Shown in pieces: positions 28,395-39,865 of a stretch of 64,000 bases of DNA. Positions within the stretch are counted from its first letter, which is position 1; every line of letters starts with the position of its first letter. This DNA comes from Heteronotia binoei (Eukaryota), in the NCBI RefSeq assembly GCF_032191835.1, contig NC_083239.1, positions 56,358,001-56,422,000 of the forward strand, read 5' to 3'. The position numbers were made by a program, and so were the translations under genes. Under the pieces are notes generated by a model. The model saw only the letters and a list, made by a program, of their open reading frames with translations, did no database searches and was not told where the DNA came from.

Positions 28395-30091
28395 CTAGGC
28401 CTGCTGGGAAGTAAAAACGTTTGTCTCCCAAGGTGCAGGAGCAGCACTCTGCGCACGCTCCGAAACACCATCGTTTTGACTGGACATATGGAGAAGAGGA
28501 GCAGGAGGCGGCAGCACGAAGGAGCCCCCCCACACCCCGTGCCGGGGAGCCCATCATGATGGCTGGGCCACAGCCTACCCCCAACGAAGAGACAGTGCTC
28601 CTGAGCATACGTGGAGTGCTTCTTCCCCCACCTCAAAAAGCCTGCCTCCCAACCCCCTCCATCGTGGTGGCAGCGGCAGCAGGACTTGGCATAGGAGCGG
28701 GCAGGAGGGGGCGGAGTGTGTCATGGGAAGCAGCAACCCCCGAAACCTCAGCATTTCCCGGGCAGCCTCCTGCGGGCGTCAGCAAGAGCAGCGGGCGCCA
28801 AGTGTGTCGCCTGCCCCTTGTAAACAAGCAGCCGCAACCCAAGCCCTTGGCAGAGGCGCTCCAGAGGGGGCACTGAGGCACGCCCAGGGCAGCGCAGCCA
28901 GAGAGCAGAGGCTGCTCCCGTGCTGTAGGTTGAAACTTGTGCGGAGAGGGGCCCTCTCCAGAGCAAAGGGGCCTCCAGGGACACCCAACAGGGCCAACCT
29001 GCTCCAGAACCTGTTTCCAGGGTCAGGCTCACCCTTAGAACATGCCAGTGAATAATGGCGAGGACTCCAGAGCATGTGCAGAGTGCCTCTTTCTGCAGGG
29101 CAACCACTGCCAAGCCCCCTCCCTCCCAGAAGGAGGGCAGCTCGCAGGAGGCTGAGACCTCCCCCTGCCCCTCCCCTTGGGGAAGGGCTCCAGTTTCACA
29201 CATCTCACTTACAGCACAGCCATGAGGACACCCCCCCCCCCCGCACACACGCACGTACACACACATTAGTAAACAGCCTCACTTCTCTCCACCCCCCACC
29301 CACCTGCCAGGTTGCTGTCGCTTTCCGGGAACCTGCGTGTGCCTCCCGCACAAAAGCACACTGGGTTGCACAACACAAAGAGGAGGGGGAGGAGCGAAAG
29401 CCCCAAGCCACACCCTTGGAAAGTAGTGGAGAGAGAAAATAACACTGCCAGCCCAAGAGATGCAGGCCTCGCTGGGGACACAACAACTGCCCCACAACCA
29501 GCCTTCCAGTGCCCAAGTTCACCTCAGGAGCATGCGAAGCACCATGCAACACAGAGGGCCTCTGAGCACAAGCAGAGTGCATTCCCCGCATCACTCAGCA
29601 CAGCTCTGGAGGAAAAGGGAGGCAGTCAAATTCCTGCATTTGTTAGTGAAAGCGAAAGAGGCGCGAAAGATCTGTCTCTACTTTTCTACTTTGATGTGCC
29701 CAGGTTTAATTCAGCGTTAGTAACATCTCTATAATATATTGGTTTTATTCAGGTAATAAAAGAGAGATTAAACAATGCTTGACACAAGGAATCATAGAGA
29801 CCTCCAGGGTCATCTAGTCCAACCCCTTGCACAATGCAAGGAATCCACAAATCCCCCCCCCTTCACACACCCCCAGTGGCCCTTGCTCTAAGAGGGACGT
29901 GGGGGGGGGGAGAGATCTCCAAGATCCAGGTACCCTCATCCCACAAAACTGATGAAACAGAGCAGCCCAAACCTCTGCCCCCCCCCCCCCACTGTTTTCG
30001 TGACCCTCTTCCTTGGCCCTGTGTTGCCCCTGCACGTGGCAAGCCAAGCAAAAGCCAGACTCAGCGGAAGCCGAGGGGGACAGGTACTCAC

Positions 30092-30184
30092 CCGGCCGGG
30101 ACTCCTGTCTGGCTTTCTCATGGCTTCCCCAGGGCTTGGGCCATCCAGAGGTCCCAACGTCCGTGCCAGAGGAAACGTGCGCAT
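30092..30184 (-). CDS. Candidate ITPKC alternative first coding exon B (31 or 10 codons, phase 0)
   Basis: ATG at 30184, or GCCATGA at 30121; frame ends MRKPDRSPGR with donor CGG|gtgagt in phase with exon 2. TATA-like CATAAAAG about 35 nt upstream of 30184. Confidence 0.35.
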
Positions 30185-31550
30185 AATAACTTCTGGCCGT
30201 GTGCCTGCGTCAGGCTTTTATGCGCTTCCTTCCTCCTCCCCCCATAATATTTACAACACATGGGCTGCCCCTCCCTTTTGCAGGCGGGAGGGGGGAGAAA
30301 AGAGTACAGCGATGATGCCAGCAAACTACCAAGCAACCGGGGATCTTGCAAGTAATTTTCCATGACAGCAAAACCAGAGAGAGAGAGAAAGAGAACACAA
30401 GAGAAAACAAGGCCAGCCGCTCAAGCTGAGAGGCTCTGCTCAAATGTGATTCTGCCCCCACATGCAAGAGGGAAATAATGACTAGACCCTGCCCCCACAC
30501 CTGGTTGACTGTCCCCAGGCTGGGCGACACCCTGGCACGCCTCTGAAGGAGCTGGGGGGGGGGGGGCTGTAGGACAAAAACAGCACACATGAATGCCAGT
30601 TGGGGTGATCTGGTGACCAGGGAGAATGCGCTCTGCACACCCCCGAAGCATTCACTGTTGCTCCTCTTCACCCATGCCGGAGATGAGGTCAGGCTCTGAA
30701 GCCGGGTTTGGGAGCTCCTGAGAGAACCTGAGATGGAGTAATTCCTCCTTCTGCCTCTTTAGGGGCTGAGCAACCAGACAGCACACAGCCCTTTTGCCAA
30801 CTGCACACTGGATGTCCTGCCAACCTGGCCGGGGGCAGGCCGCTGGATGGAGGGCGCCTCCACGCAGGCTCTCCAAGGGGGCTTGGGCAACTGCTAGGCC
30901 CCTTCCAGCCTACCTTGCAGGGCTCTTGAGAATAACAACATGGGGAAACAGCAGGGACAGCTTGGAAGACCTGAGTGGGAAAGCAGGCCAGATGAGGAAG
31001 CCACAAAGGGGCTCTTGGACACTCTTGGGAAGGATGTTGGGGCAGGATGCTTGACTGAACTGGATCCCAGCACCCTCTGCTAAGGGGTGCAGCACCACTC
31101 ACGGATCGAGGCCAGTCCTGAATCCAGAGAAAGCAGCAGGAGAAGGTGGGGAATGCTGCTCTTGCCGTGTGGCCCGGCCCACAGCAGACTCCACACGCAA
31201 GACATCCCACAGCCCTGCAGCCAGGGAGAGGGAGCCTGCTGGGGGGTGGGCTGCCTCCCCCCTTCGGAGCCTCATCCAGACCCAGGAAAAGAGGTGCGGG
31301 GTCTCCAAGGACTGCTCACCCAGACTCTTCAAAAGCCAGCAAAGTCTGCCTGCTCTCGCAGCACAGCAAGGGACTGTGAATCGCATCACAGGCTCAGAAT
31401 CGGAAGCAGATGTGCGGAGGTGGAAGAGCTCAGAAGGGATTTGCTGCCTGGAGGGCACCTCCTTTGGTTCTCCAAGCCCTCAAAGCAGGGGAGAAAGATC
31501 TATCTTTAGCTCCTGCTCCCCCGAAGGAGAATCCCAGAAACCGCCACAAC

Positions 31551-32453
31551 ATAGAATCCTAGAGCTGGAAGGGGCCTCCAGGGTCATCTAGTCCAACCCC
31601 CTGCACAATGCAGGAAACTCACAAACCCCTCCCCCTAAATTCACAGGATCTTCACTGATGTCAGATGGCCATCTAGCCTCTGCTTCAAAACCTCCAAGGA
31701 AGGACAGCCCACCACCTCCTGAAGAATTCTAGAATCCTAGAGTTGGAAGGGACCCCCAGGGTCATCTAGTCCAAACCCCTGCACAATGCAGGAAACACAC
31801 AAACACCTCCCCCTAAATTCACGGAATCTCCATTGCTGTCAGATGGCCATCTAGCCTCTGCTTCAAAACCTCCAAGGAAGGAGAGCCCACCACCTCCTAA
31901 AGAATCATAGAATCCTAGAGTTGGAAGGGACTTCCAGGGTCATCTAGTCCAACCCCCTGCACAAGGCAGGAAACTCACAAATACCTCCCCCTAAATTCAC
32001 AGGATCTTCATTGCTGTCAGATGGCCATCTAGCCTCTGTTAAAAACCTGCAAGGAAGGAAAGCCTACCACCTCCTGAAGTATCCTAGAATCCTAGTTGGA
32101 AGGGACCTCCGGGGTCATCTAGTCACAATGCAGGAAACTCACAAACACCTCCCCCTAAATTCACAGGATCTTCATTGCTGTCAGATGGCCATCTAGCCTC
32201 TGCTTCAAAACCTCCAAGGAAGGACAGCCCACCACCTCCTAAAGAATTCTAGAATCCTAGAGTTGGAAGGGACTCCCAGGGTCATTGAGTCCAGCCCCCT
32301 GCACAATGCAGGAAATGCGCAAACACCTCCCCCTAAATTCACGGGATCTTCATTGCTGTCAGGTGGCCATCCAGCCTCTACTTCAAAACCTCCAAGGAAG
32401 GAGAGCCCACCACCTCCCAAGGAGGAAGCCTGTTCCACTGAAGAATCACTCTA
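31551..32453 (-). repeat. Five head-to-tail CR1 3'-end monomers, period about 178 bp
   Basis: TAGAATCCTAG starts at 31552, 31730, 31908, 32085 and 32250. Confidence 0.95.
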
Positions 32454-32779
32454 ACATCTCAGCAAGTCACCAGATGTGTTCGCAAGACTTCACCAGAGCC
32501 TGTCCACTGCAGAGAGGGGCCCCACGCGCACCCCTTCCGTGTCTCTGGAGAGGACAGCCACGTTCCCAGCAGCCTTCGGGGTCCGCATGGCCAGCCCACA
32601 AGCCAAACACGCTCAGCCCTAAATGTTCCAGTGGAGACAGCCTTGTGTACTCTGGGTCCTTCCATGACCCACCTGGGGATGTTTCATTTCTTTTTCTTTT
32701 TTTCAATTAACAATTTTTATTGAACTTTCTTTATCCTTGATACAGCAGTCCTTTAAACCTTGAAAGTTACAGAACAGAG

Positions 32780-33640
32780 GATGGGCAGCGCAGTCGACAT
32801 ACGTGGTGGCCGGCCGGCCGCAGGGGCGATCTAGGGCGCCGCCCACTCCCAGGGGGTGAGTCAGGAAGGCTGCATCACCTGTACCAGGTTTCGGTGCAAG
32901 GAACTGGGAAGCAGGGCAGGCTCGCCTGCAGGAAACGAGGGCCGCGTGAGCAGCTCCACCAGAGCCTCAGGGAGCGCCTGGAAGAACCCTCCCTGGCTTG
33001 CGTCTGGCAACCCGGAGCCCCACACTTGTGGGGAGTGGGGGGGGGGGGGGGGCGCTGCTGAGCAGGCTGGCCGCAGGAATTCTCAGGAAGGCTCGGGGGG
33101 GGGGGGCACCCCAGGGCATCGTTCCCTCCAGCTCCCCGCCACCCAAGCAGTCCAGGGGGGGCGGCCACTGGAGAACTGCAGCCTGCCCCCAAAGCAAGAG
33201 ACGGGCTTCATCCTCAGTGCCCCACGGAGCCCCGCGTGTGGGTCTCTGAAAAGACAAGGCCCCTCCCTGCCCCCCCCCCGCAGCCTGTACTTCCGACCCC
33301 CAACATGCGCCCAGGTTCACGCGGCCGCCCCGTCGGGCAAGCAAGAGGCGGCCCTCTTCTGTCCCGGGGGCTGGGGAGTGAGTCAGAGGCCGGGGAAACC
33401 CTGGGCAAGTCCCTCCCTCGCCCCCCGCCGCCGCCGCCGCCTCGCGTGCAAAGCAAAGGGAAACCCGGGGGGGGGGGCGACCAGGCTCTGCAGCCTCCCC
33501 CCGCGGCCCCGATCCCGCCAGGCCTCACCCGCTCGCCGCCTCCTCCGGCCTCCTGCTGCTGCTGCTGCTGCTGCTCTGCCCGGCCGGCCGGCCCCGCCCC
33601 CGCCGCCGCTTCAAGGCTTCTCCGCAGCTACGGAGGCCAA
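32780..33640 (-). promoter_or_regulatory. Internal CpG island, probable ITPKC promoter with a non-coding first exon ending at 33529
   Basis: CpG-rich, GC boxes (GGGGCGGGGC) at about 33593-33605, (CAG)7-containing leader, donor GAGCGG|gtgagg at 33529/33528. Confidence 0.55.
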
Positions 33641-33642
33641 GG

Positions 33643-34591
33643 CCAGGGACTTGGGGGTGGAGCCAGGAGACATAGGGGTGGAGCCAGGAGACTTTGGGTG
33701 GAGCCAGGAGACATGGGGGTGGAACCAGAAGACTTTGGGAGTGGAGCCAGGAGACATGGGGGTGGAGCCAGGATACTTTGGGTGGAGCCAGGAGACATGG
33801 GGGGTGGAGCCAGGAGACTTTGGGGTGGAGCCAGGAGACATGGGAGTGGAGCCAGGAGACATGGGGGTGGAGCCAGGAGACATGGGGGTGGAGCCAGGAG
33901 ACATTGGGGTGGAGCCAGGAGACATGGGGGTGGAGCCAGGATACTTTAGAAGTGGAGCCAGGAGACATGGGGGTGGAGCCAGGAGACATGGGGGTGGAGC
34001 CAGGAGACATGGGAGTGGAGCCAGGAGACATGGGGGTGGAGCCAGGATACTTTGGGGGTGGAGCCAGGAGACATTGGGGTGGAGCCAGGAGACATGGGGG
34101 TGGAGCCAGGATACTTTAGAAGTGGAGCCAGGAGACATGGGGGTGGAGCCAGGAGACATGGGGGTGGAGCCAGGAGACATGGGAGTGGAGCCAGGAGACA
34201 TGGGGGTGGAGCCAGGATACTTTGGGGGTGGAGCCAGGAGACATGGGGGTGGAGCCAGGAAACTTTGGGGTGGAGCCAGGAGACATGGGAGTGGAGCCAG
34301 GAGACATGGGGGTGGAGCCAGGAGACATGGGGGTGGAGCCAGGATACTTTAGAAGTGGAGCCAGGAGACATGGGGGTGGAGCCAGGAGACATTGGGGTGG
34401 AGCCAGGAGACTTTGGGTGGAGCCAGGAAACTTTGGGGTGGAGCCAGGATACTTTGGGAGTGGAGCCAGGAGACATGGGGTGGAGCCAGGAGACATGGGG
34501 GTGGAGCCAGGAGACTTTGGGTGGAGCCAGGAGACATGGGGGTGGAGCCAGGAAACTTTGGGGTGGAGCCAGGAGACATGGGAGTGGAGCC
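33643..34591 (+). repeat. Minisatellite, 21-bp unit CCAGGAGACATGGGGGTGGAG, about 45 copies
   Basis: Direct reading. Explains the GVEPGDM/WSQETWG repeat ORFs. Variant ATACTTTAGAAGTGGAG recurs at 33941, 34111 and 34344. Confidence 0.97.
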
Positions 34592-35020
34592 AAGATCAAG
34601 GCTGTGACAAGCATCATTAAACTCCGAAGGTAGTTCTGGCCATCACATTTAAAGGGACAGCACACCTTTTCAATGCCTTCCTTCCATGGGAAATCATGAA
34701 GGATAGGAGCCCTTTCTTTGGGGGCTCATAGAATTGGACCCCCTGGTCCAATCCTTTTGAAACTTGGGGGTGTGTCTTGGGGAGAGGCACTGGATGCTAT
34801 ACAGAAAATGTGGTGCCTCTACCTCAAAAAACAGTCCCCCTGGCCCCAGTTACCTGCAGATCAATTCTCCATTATTTTCTATGGGAATCAGTCTCCACAG
34901 GGAATAACGGAGTGCCCAGCAGACATTTCCCTCCCCTCCCCCCGCTTTCTGACGACCCTGAAGTGGGGGCAGGGCCTCCAAACCGGGGATCCCCTGCCCC
35001 CACCTGGGGATTGGCAACCC
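34592..35020 (+). mobile_element. Non-autonomous DNA transposon remnant ending in TIR TTGGCAACCCTA; the VNTR appears to be expanded from its internal sequence
   Basis: TIR family TAGGGTTGCCA...TGGCAACCCTA is also seen at about 40434-40578, 43690-43840, 55210-55438 and 63423. Internal segment shared with 14850-14990 (inverted) and 15670-15770. Confidence 0.6.
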
Positions 35021-38000
35021 TACCAGCAGCAGCAGGGACACAGTCCCCTCCCTGGCCTGGCCTTCTGAGAGAGGGAGGGGGGAGATGTCTCCCCCCCCCC
35101 CCCCGCCAGCCACTGCTGCCTTCTGAGGACCAGGCGGGGGGGGGAGTCGCCTCTGCCCAGAGAGCCTGCTGGGCCCCCTCTGCCCTCTCCCATCCAAGCC
35201 TTGACCGTGCGGAGGTGGAGAAGGCGGGGCCACCCAGGCCGGGCAGGAGCAGAACAAGGGTGGGGGGCATGGCACCCCAGGAACCTTTGGTGGCCTCCCT
35301 GCCTAACGCTAACCAGGGCCCAGATCGGAGGAGGGGGTACCCAGATCAGCCCCTGCTTTCTCTGCACCTAGAGGGGTCTGTCCCATTAGCCCTTTTCCCT
35401 CACCTCAAAAGCCTCCGGTCCCACTGCCCCCCCATCCGTTCTCCCCCACAGCCTCCTCCAGGCCAGGGGAAGATGCTTGCCAGGGAAGGGTGTGCAGAGA
35501 TCCACCCCGTGCCCGCCCGCCGCCCCTGCCAGCATCTCCATGCTCCACATGCTGGGCTATATCCCAAGTGGGAAGGGGTGGCCAACCAGGGAGCGGGGCC
35601 AGGTATGGGGGGGGCGGGGTAGCAGCAGCAGCAACAGCCCAGCTCAAATCCAACATCTTCTGGGCAGCCCCAAGAAAGCCCGGGGAGCAGGATGACCCCC
35701 CACCACCCCCACCACCCTTTCAGCCCAGCCAGGAGTAGGGTATAGCCTCCCAGGGCTGCTCCCCGGGCAGGAGAGGACTCACCTGGAAGTCTCTCGGGTA
35801 GCTCCTGTGGTGCTCCGTGCTCCTCAGGTGTCCCAGCTGGGCGCTTTGGGGTTGGCCTCTCCCCCGAACTGAGCCAGAGCCCAGGGTGACTCAGCCCTCC
35901 AAGAAGTCACGCCATTCATCCTTCCTTGCTGTGGCGTCACTCAGGGCCCTCTTCTGGCGCAACTCTGGCCTCTGCCAAGCGGCTGGAGCCTCAGGCTTCC
36001 TCCCCAAAGCCCACACTGAAAACATACTGCCCCCCCCTCCCTGCTGGCTTCACAGGATGAGGGGGGCACTGAGCAAGCAAGATGAGCCCTGGGCTTCCCC
36101 CACGAAACAAGACTTGGAACTTGACCAAGAATTCTTTCCTCTCTGGAATGCCTGCGCAGGAAACGGTCGATACGGGCTTAGAGAATTGCCGCTTTGTGAT
36201 TCACTGCTTGACTGTCTCCTTTGTGAAAGTTCAGAGCGTGGTCCCTGAGAGCAGGCACACTCATGGTGGACTCAGCTGCCGCCGGATGGAGGGGGCACAC
36301 AAAAGCTGCGTGCCAAGAAGAAATGGGCGAGGTATTCAAATGCCACCAGATGCCCAGATGTTTGAGCTGCACCAGAGGACAGATCCCGGGCGTTTGGCAC
36401 CAGCAAAGCTGCGAGATCCACTTGCCTGACCCCTGGGCCTCTGCTGTCGCACCAAAATGGGTCTGCCTTTGGTGTGCCGCTTTCCCAACCGGAAGGATCC
36501 TGCCTAAGATGCCAGCTCACACATCCAGCTGCAAGGAAGGTGGTGCCTGGCTGGTCTTTGCATCCATCAAACATGCTAATTTGCTGCTCACCCTCTGCCT
36601 ATATGTGTGGACTGGCAACTTCCACTTTACTGTATCTGAGGAAGTGTGCATGCACATGAAAGTGCACACCCAGAATTGAACTGCGTTGGTCTTCAAGGTG
36701 CCCTACTGGACTCAAACTCTGTCCTGCTGCTTCTTATTGACACGGTGGCCCACCTGAGTCTGCCTTTGTCAGACCCTCTCTCCGAAAAGCTAGATTTGAA
36801 TCCAGCAGCACCTTAGAGACGAACAAGAGCTTCAGGGTGTGAGCTTTCGAGAGTCACAGCTCTCCTCTCCATCTGGTGAAGGGACCTTTGAATCTCGAAT
36901 GCCCAAAAATGTTACTGGTCACTAAAGTCCTCCTGGACTCACACCTGGCCGCTCTACTGCAGACCGAAGCCCTCCGAAGCTTTTAATGGCAGAATGTTCC
37001 TTTGGCCAAGACGAACGTGAGCCGAGTTAAGTTGAGCCTCAAAAGTTAATTTCTGGGCTGGGAAACACTGAGAAGGGGGGGCACCTTTCTTCCTTGCTGC
37101 TGGCCTGCCTGGGTTGCCGGACAAGAACTCTAAGTGGGCCTCTGCCCCCTGCCACTCACAACTGAGAATCCAGGTGCCTTGCCATGTGCCCCCCCCCACC
37201 CCACAGGCTGGCTCCAGAACTGGGGGGCCTAGCAAGATACCATCTGACTTGGGGAGAGAGATCAAGCAAGACAACGGGCACTGCCGCTTCTGGCTTGCAA
37301 TCCAGGGAACAGACCGGCAGCCCCCTGCCCTCTCTCGGTCTCCACAGCTGCTGCCAAACCTGACCTCCCATTTCCCATCTCCTGGCCAGTGAGGGAAAGG
37401 AGAAGTTGCACGTTTCCCAGGCAGTCAGCTGAGGAGACGCGATTTGCCTCGTGTGTCTAGAAAGAGAGAGGGTCCCTTTGGTGGGGGTGGGCGGAGAAAA
37501 GCATCCCTTTGGGCCCCCCTGGCGCCTGATTTGTGAGGGCAGCAGGGAAGTCTGGGGATGGTCCCTCCCCTCGAAGGGGTGCTTGCTGGGGTGGGGGAGG
37601 CAACATTGCTTCCAAGATGCTCCCTTGTGAAGGGAGCTGCACTTGCTCCATCAGACACTGCTGGGGGACAGACTTAGGAAGGGGCACCAGGGCAGCATCA
37701 AAGTCCTGACAGTGGGGAGGAGAGCCACGTCCAGCCGTTTTTGAGAAGTGACTCAAATGAAGGATGTCTGGCAAAGGTGTGGGGGGGGGGCTGAGGCTGC
37801 CCTGGCCGTCCCCACCGCTTGCCCTGAGCTCATCATGCCCCCCCCAGAAGTGGCAGGCAGGCCTTGGGCAACCAGCTGCTGCACAGTTCCCCAGAGGAGA
37901 AGTTCTTCTTCCTATGTCTAGAACCAACTCAAAACTCCCTCTGAATACTAGGACGGCTACCCCTGGCCACCCCGCCTGAAGCCCCAAACCTTGGAACAGA

Positions 38001-38569
38001 AGCCCTGCCCTTCCTCCACCTGGGCTTTCCTTCCCTTTGCTACAGAGTTGTCACCATCCTGTCTTCCGGCCCATCTGGCCCCCGGAGCAGCTCCCACAAC
38101 AGAACCATCATCAGACAAACTAGACAAGGTTTCACTCCATGAAGAAGAGGCTGCAGAAGCCCGAGAGGGGCCATGGGGCCATCACTGCTGCTCTTCTCCA
38201 GAGGTTTCCAAAGTCCATTTGCTTAAGCACCACTCTCCACCCCCAAAGCCTCATTCTGTCCACAATGCAAGCCCCCCCTCCCCCCGCCACATATGCTTCT
38301 TCAGGGCTGCTGTGATCCAGAAGGGAGCGCCCCCGGAAGCAGAAGGGCCAACCATGAGCGCTCTGATTTATTTTGCTTCCTTTCTCCCCAGCAGGGACTT
38401 GTTCTCCTCCCCTCCATTTTATCTTCATAACAACCCTGTGAGGTAGGTTGAGATGAGACTATGCGGCTGCCCCAAGATCACCCTGGGGAGATCAGAACTT
38501 GGACTCTCAGTTCCTAGCCTAGTGGTCACATACAGCTCTCAGCTCAGTTCAACGCATCATCAACAGCTT

Positions 38570-38910
38570 ACAGCCTCTACTGGACAATGACTGCTCTCTT
38601 TCACAAATACTGGAGGAGGGGCACACATTTTCTTGCACACAGACAACCCCCCACTCTCAAACAACTCCTCACCCACAATAATACAACATCTAACTTGAAT
38701 GTGGACACTGGTATCAGGCCTTGAAAAAAAACAGATGCCAGCTTTGCTGCCACAGACACCCAGACAGCGCAATCACTGGACCTGACATCAACTTTACAGG
38801 CTCATTCACTTGCTCATCTTCAAACCCAGTATGTGCCATTAAATGCCAACAATGCCCTTCAGTTCTCTACAGAGGGCAAACAGCTCAAACCTTACACCAA
38901 ATGGACACAA
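38570..38910 (+). mobile_element. Penelope-like element fragment (GIY-YIG endonuclease region)
   Basis: Translates RCQLCCHRHPDSAITGPD..TGSFTCSSSNPVCAIKCQQCPSVLYRGQT, the decayed YAIxCxxC...YIGQT module of vertebrate PLEs. Confidence 0.8.
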
Positions 38911-39590
38911 ATCTAAACTCATTCTCACCAAGAAAAGCTAAACAGCCTCTTGGTGTATTTAATTTCTGTAATATCTTGGTGTATTTAATTTCTGTAATAT
39001 CATTGGTATAGTGAACATAATGCAATGCAATGAATATTGGAATGTGTTCCTCTGACATAACACTGCACACACACACACACACTCAAAGGAAGGGATGCTG
39101 TCAGCTAACTCCGTGCTTGAGAAGAGCCGAATGGAACCTAACAAGAGTCTCAATTACTCTTAACAATTAGGAAGGATACTTTAACACATTAGTCTCCTAA
39201 TTTTTATGAAATGCTCCACTGTTCCCAATTAAATTCAAACATATCATGACTTAAAAATATAGCTTGTTGTTGGTGTTTGCATCTGGCAAAGCATCTTGAA
39301 CATATATGAACATATGAAGCTGCCTTATACTGAATCAGACCCTTGGTCCATCAAAGTCAGTATTGTCTTCTCAGACTAGCAGCGGCTCTCCAGGGTCTCA
39401 AGCTGAAGTTTTTCACACCTATTTGCCTGGACCCTTTTTTGGAGATGCCGGGGATTGAACCGGGGACCTTCTGCTTCCCAAGCAGATGCTCTACCACTGA
39501 GCCACCGTCCCTCTTCATTAAGTTGCATGCTAGTTTGCAGTTCAGCTCTGTAGAGGCATCTGCCTAGATCCTAGGCAGATGCCTCTGTAG

Positions 39591-39865
39591 AGAGCCAGTT
39601 TGGTGCAGTGGTTAAGTGCGTGGACTCTTATCTGGGAGAACCGGGTTTGATTCCCCACTCCTCCACTTGCAGCTGCTGGAATGGCCTTGGGTCAGCCATA
39701 GCTCTGGCAGAGGTTGTCGTTGAAAGGGCAGCTGCTGTGAGAGCCCTCTCAGCCCCACCCAGGGTGTCTGTTGTGGGGGAAGGAGATATAGGAGATTGTG
39801 AGCCGCTCTGAGTCTCTGATTCAGAGAGAAAGGCGGGGTATAAATCTGCAATTCTTCTTCTTCTA
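39591..39865 (+). mobile_element. Squam3-like SINE
   Basis: Same head, body and (CTT)n tail as 9814. Confidence 0.8.

Noticed and set aside
32856-34665. Long ORFs of up to 498 aa with GVEPGDM / WSQETWG / GGARRHG repeats
   Set aside because: A by-product of a stop-free 21-bp minisatellite open in several frames on both strands; no domain or splice support.
35783-36025. ATG-to-donor candidate ITPKC first exon (243 nt, strong CAG|gtgagt, phase 0)
   Set aside because: In-frame TGA at 35893-35891 (codon 45), no SECIS-like or homology support, and the other frames also have stops. It could only be a non-coding or uORF exon, or an assembly error.
37457-38446. ORFs of 176 aa (-) and 151 aa (+) between the CpG islands, as possible ITPKC exon 1 or a novel gene
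   Set aside because: No recognisable homology, no phase-0 donor at the end, and length is expected by chance at this GC content.
38945-39000. Exact short tandem doublets (26 bp here; 20 bp at about 42598-42640; 36 bp at about 59695-59766)
   Set aside because: Two-copy local duplications, consistent with slippage or assembly error; no functional context.
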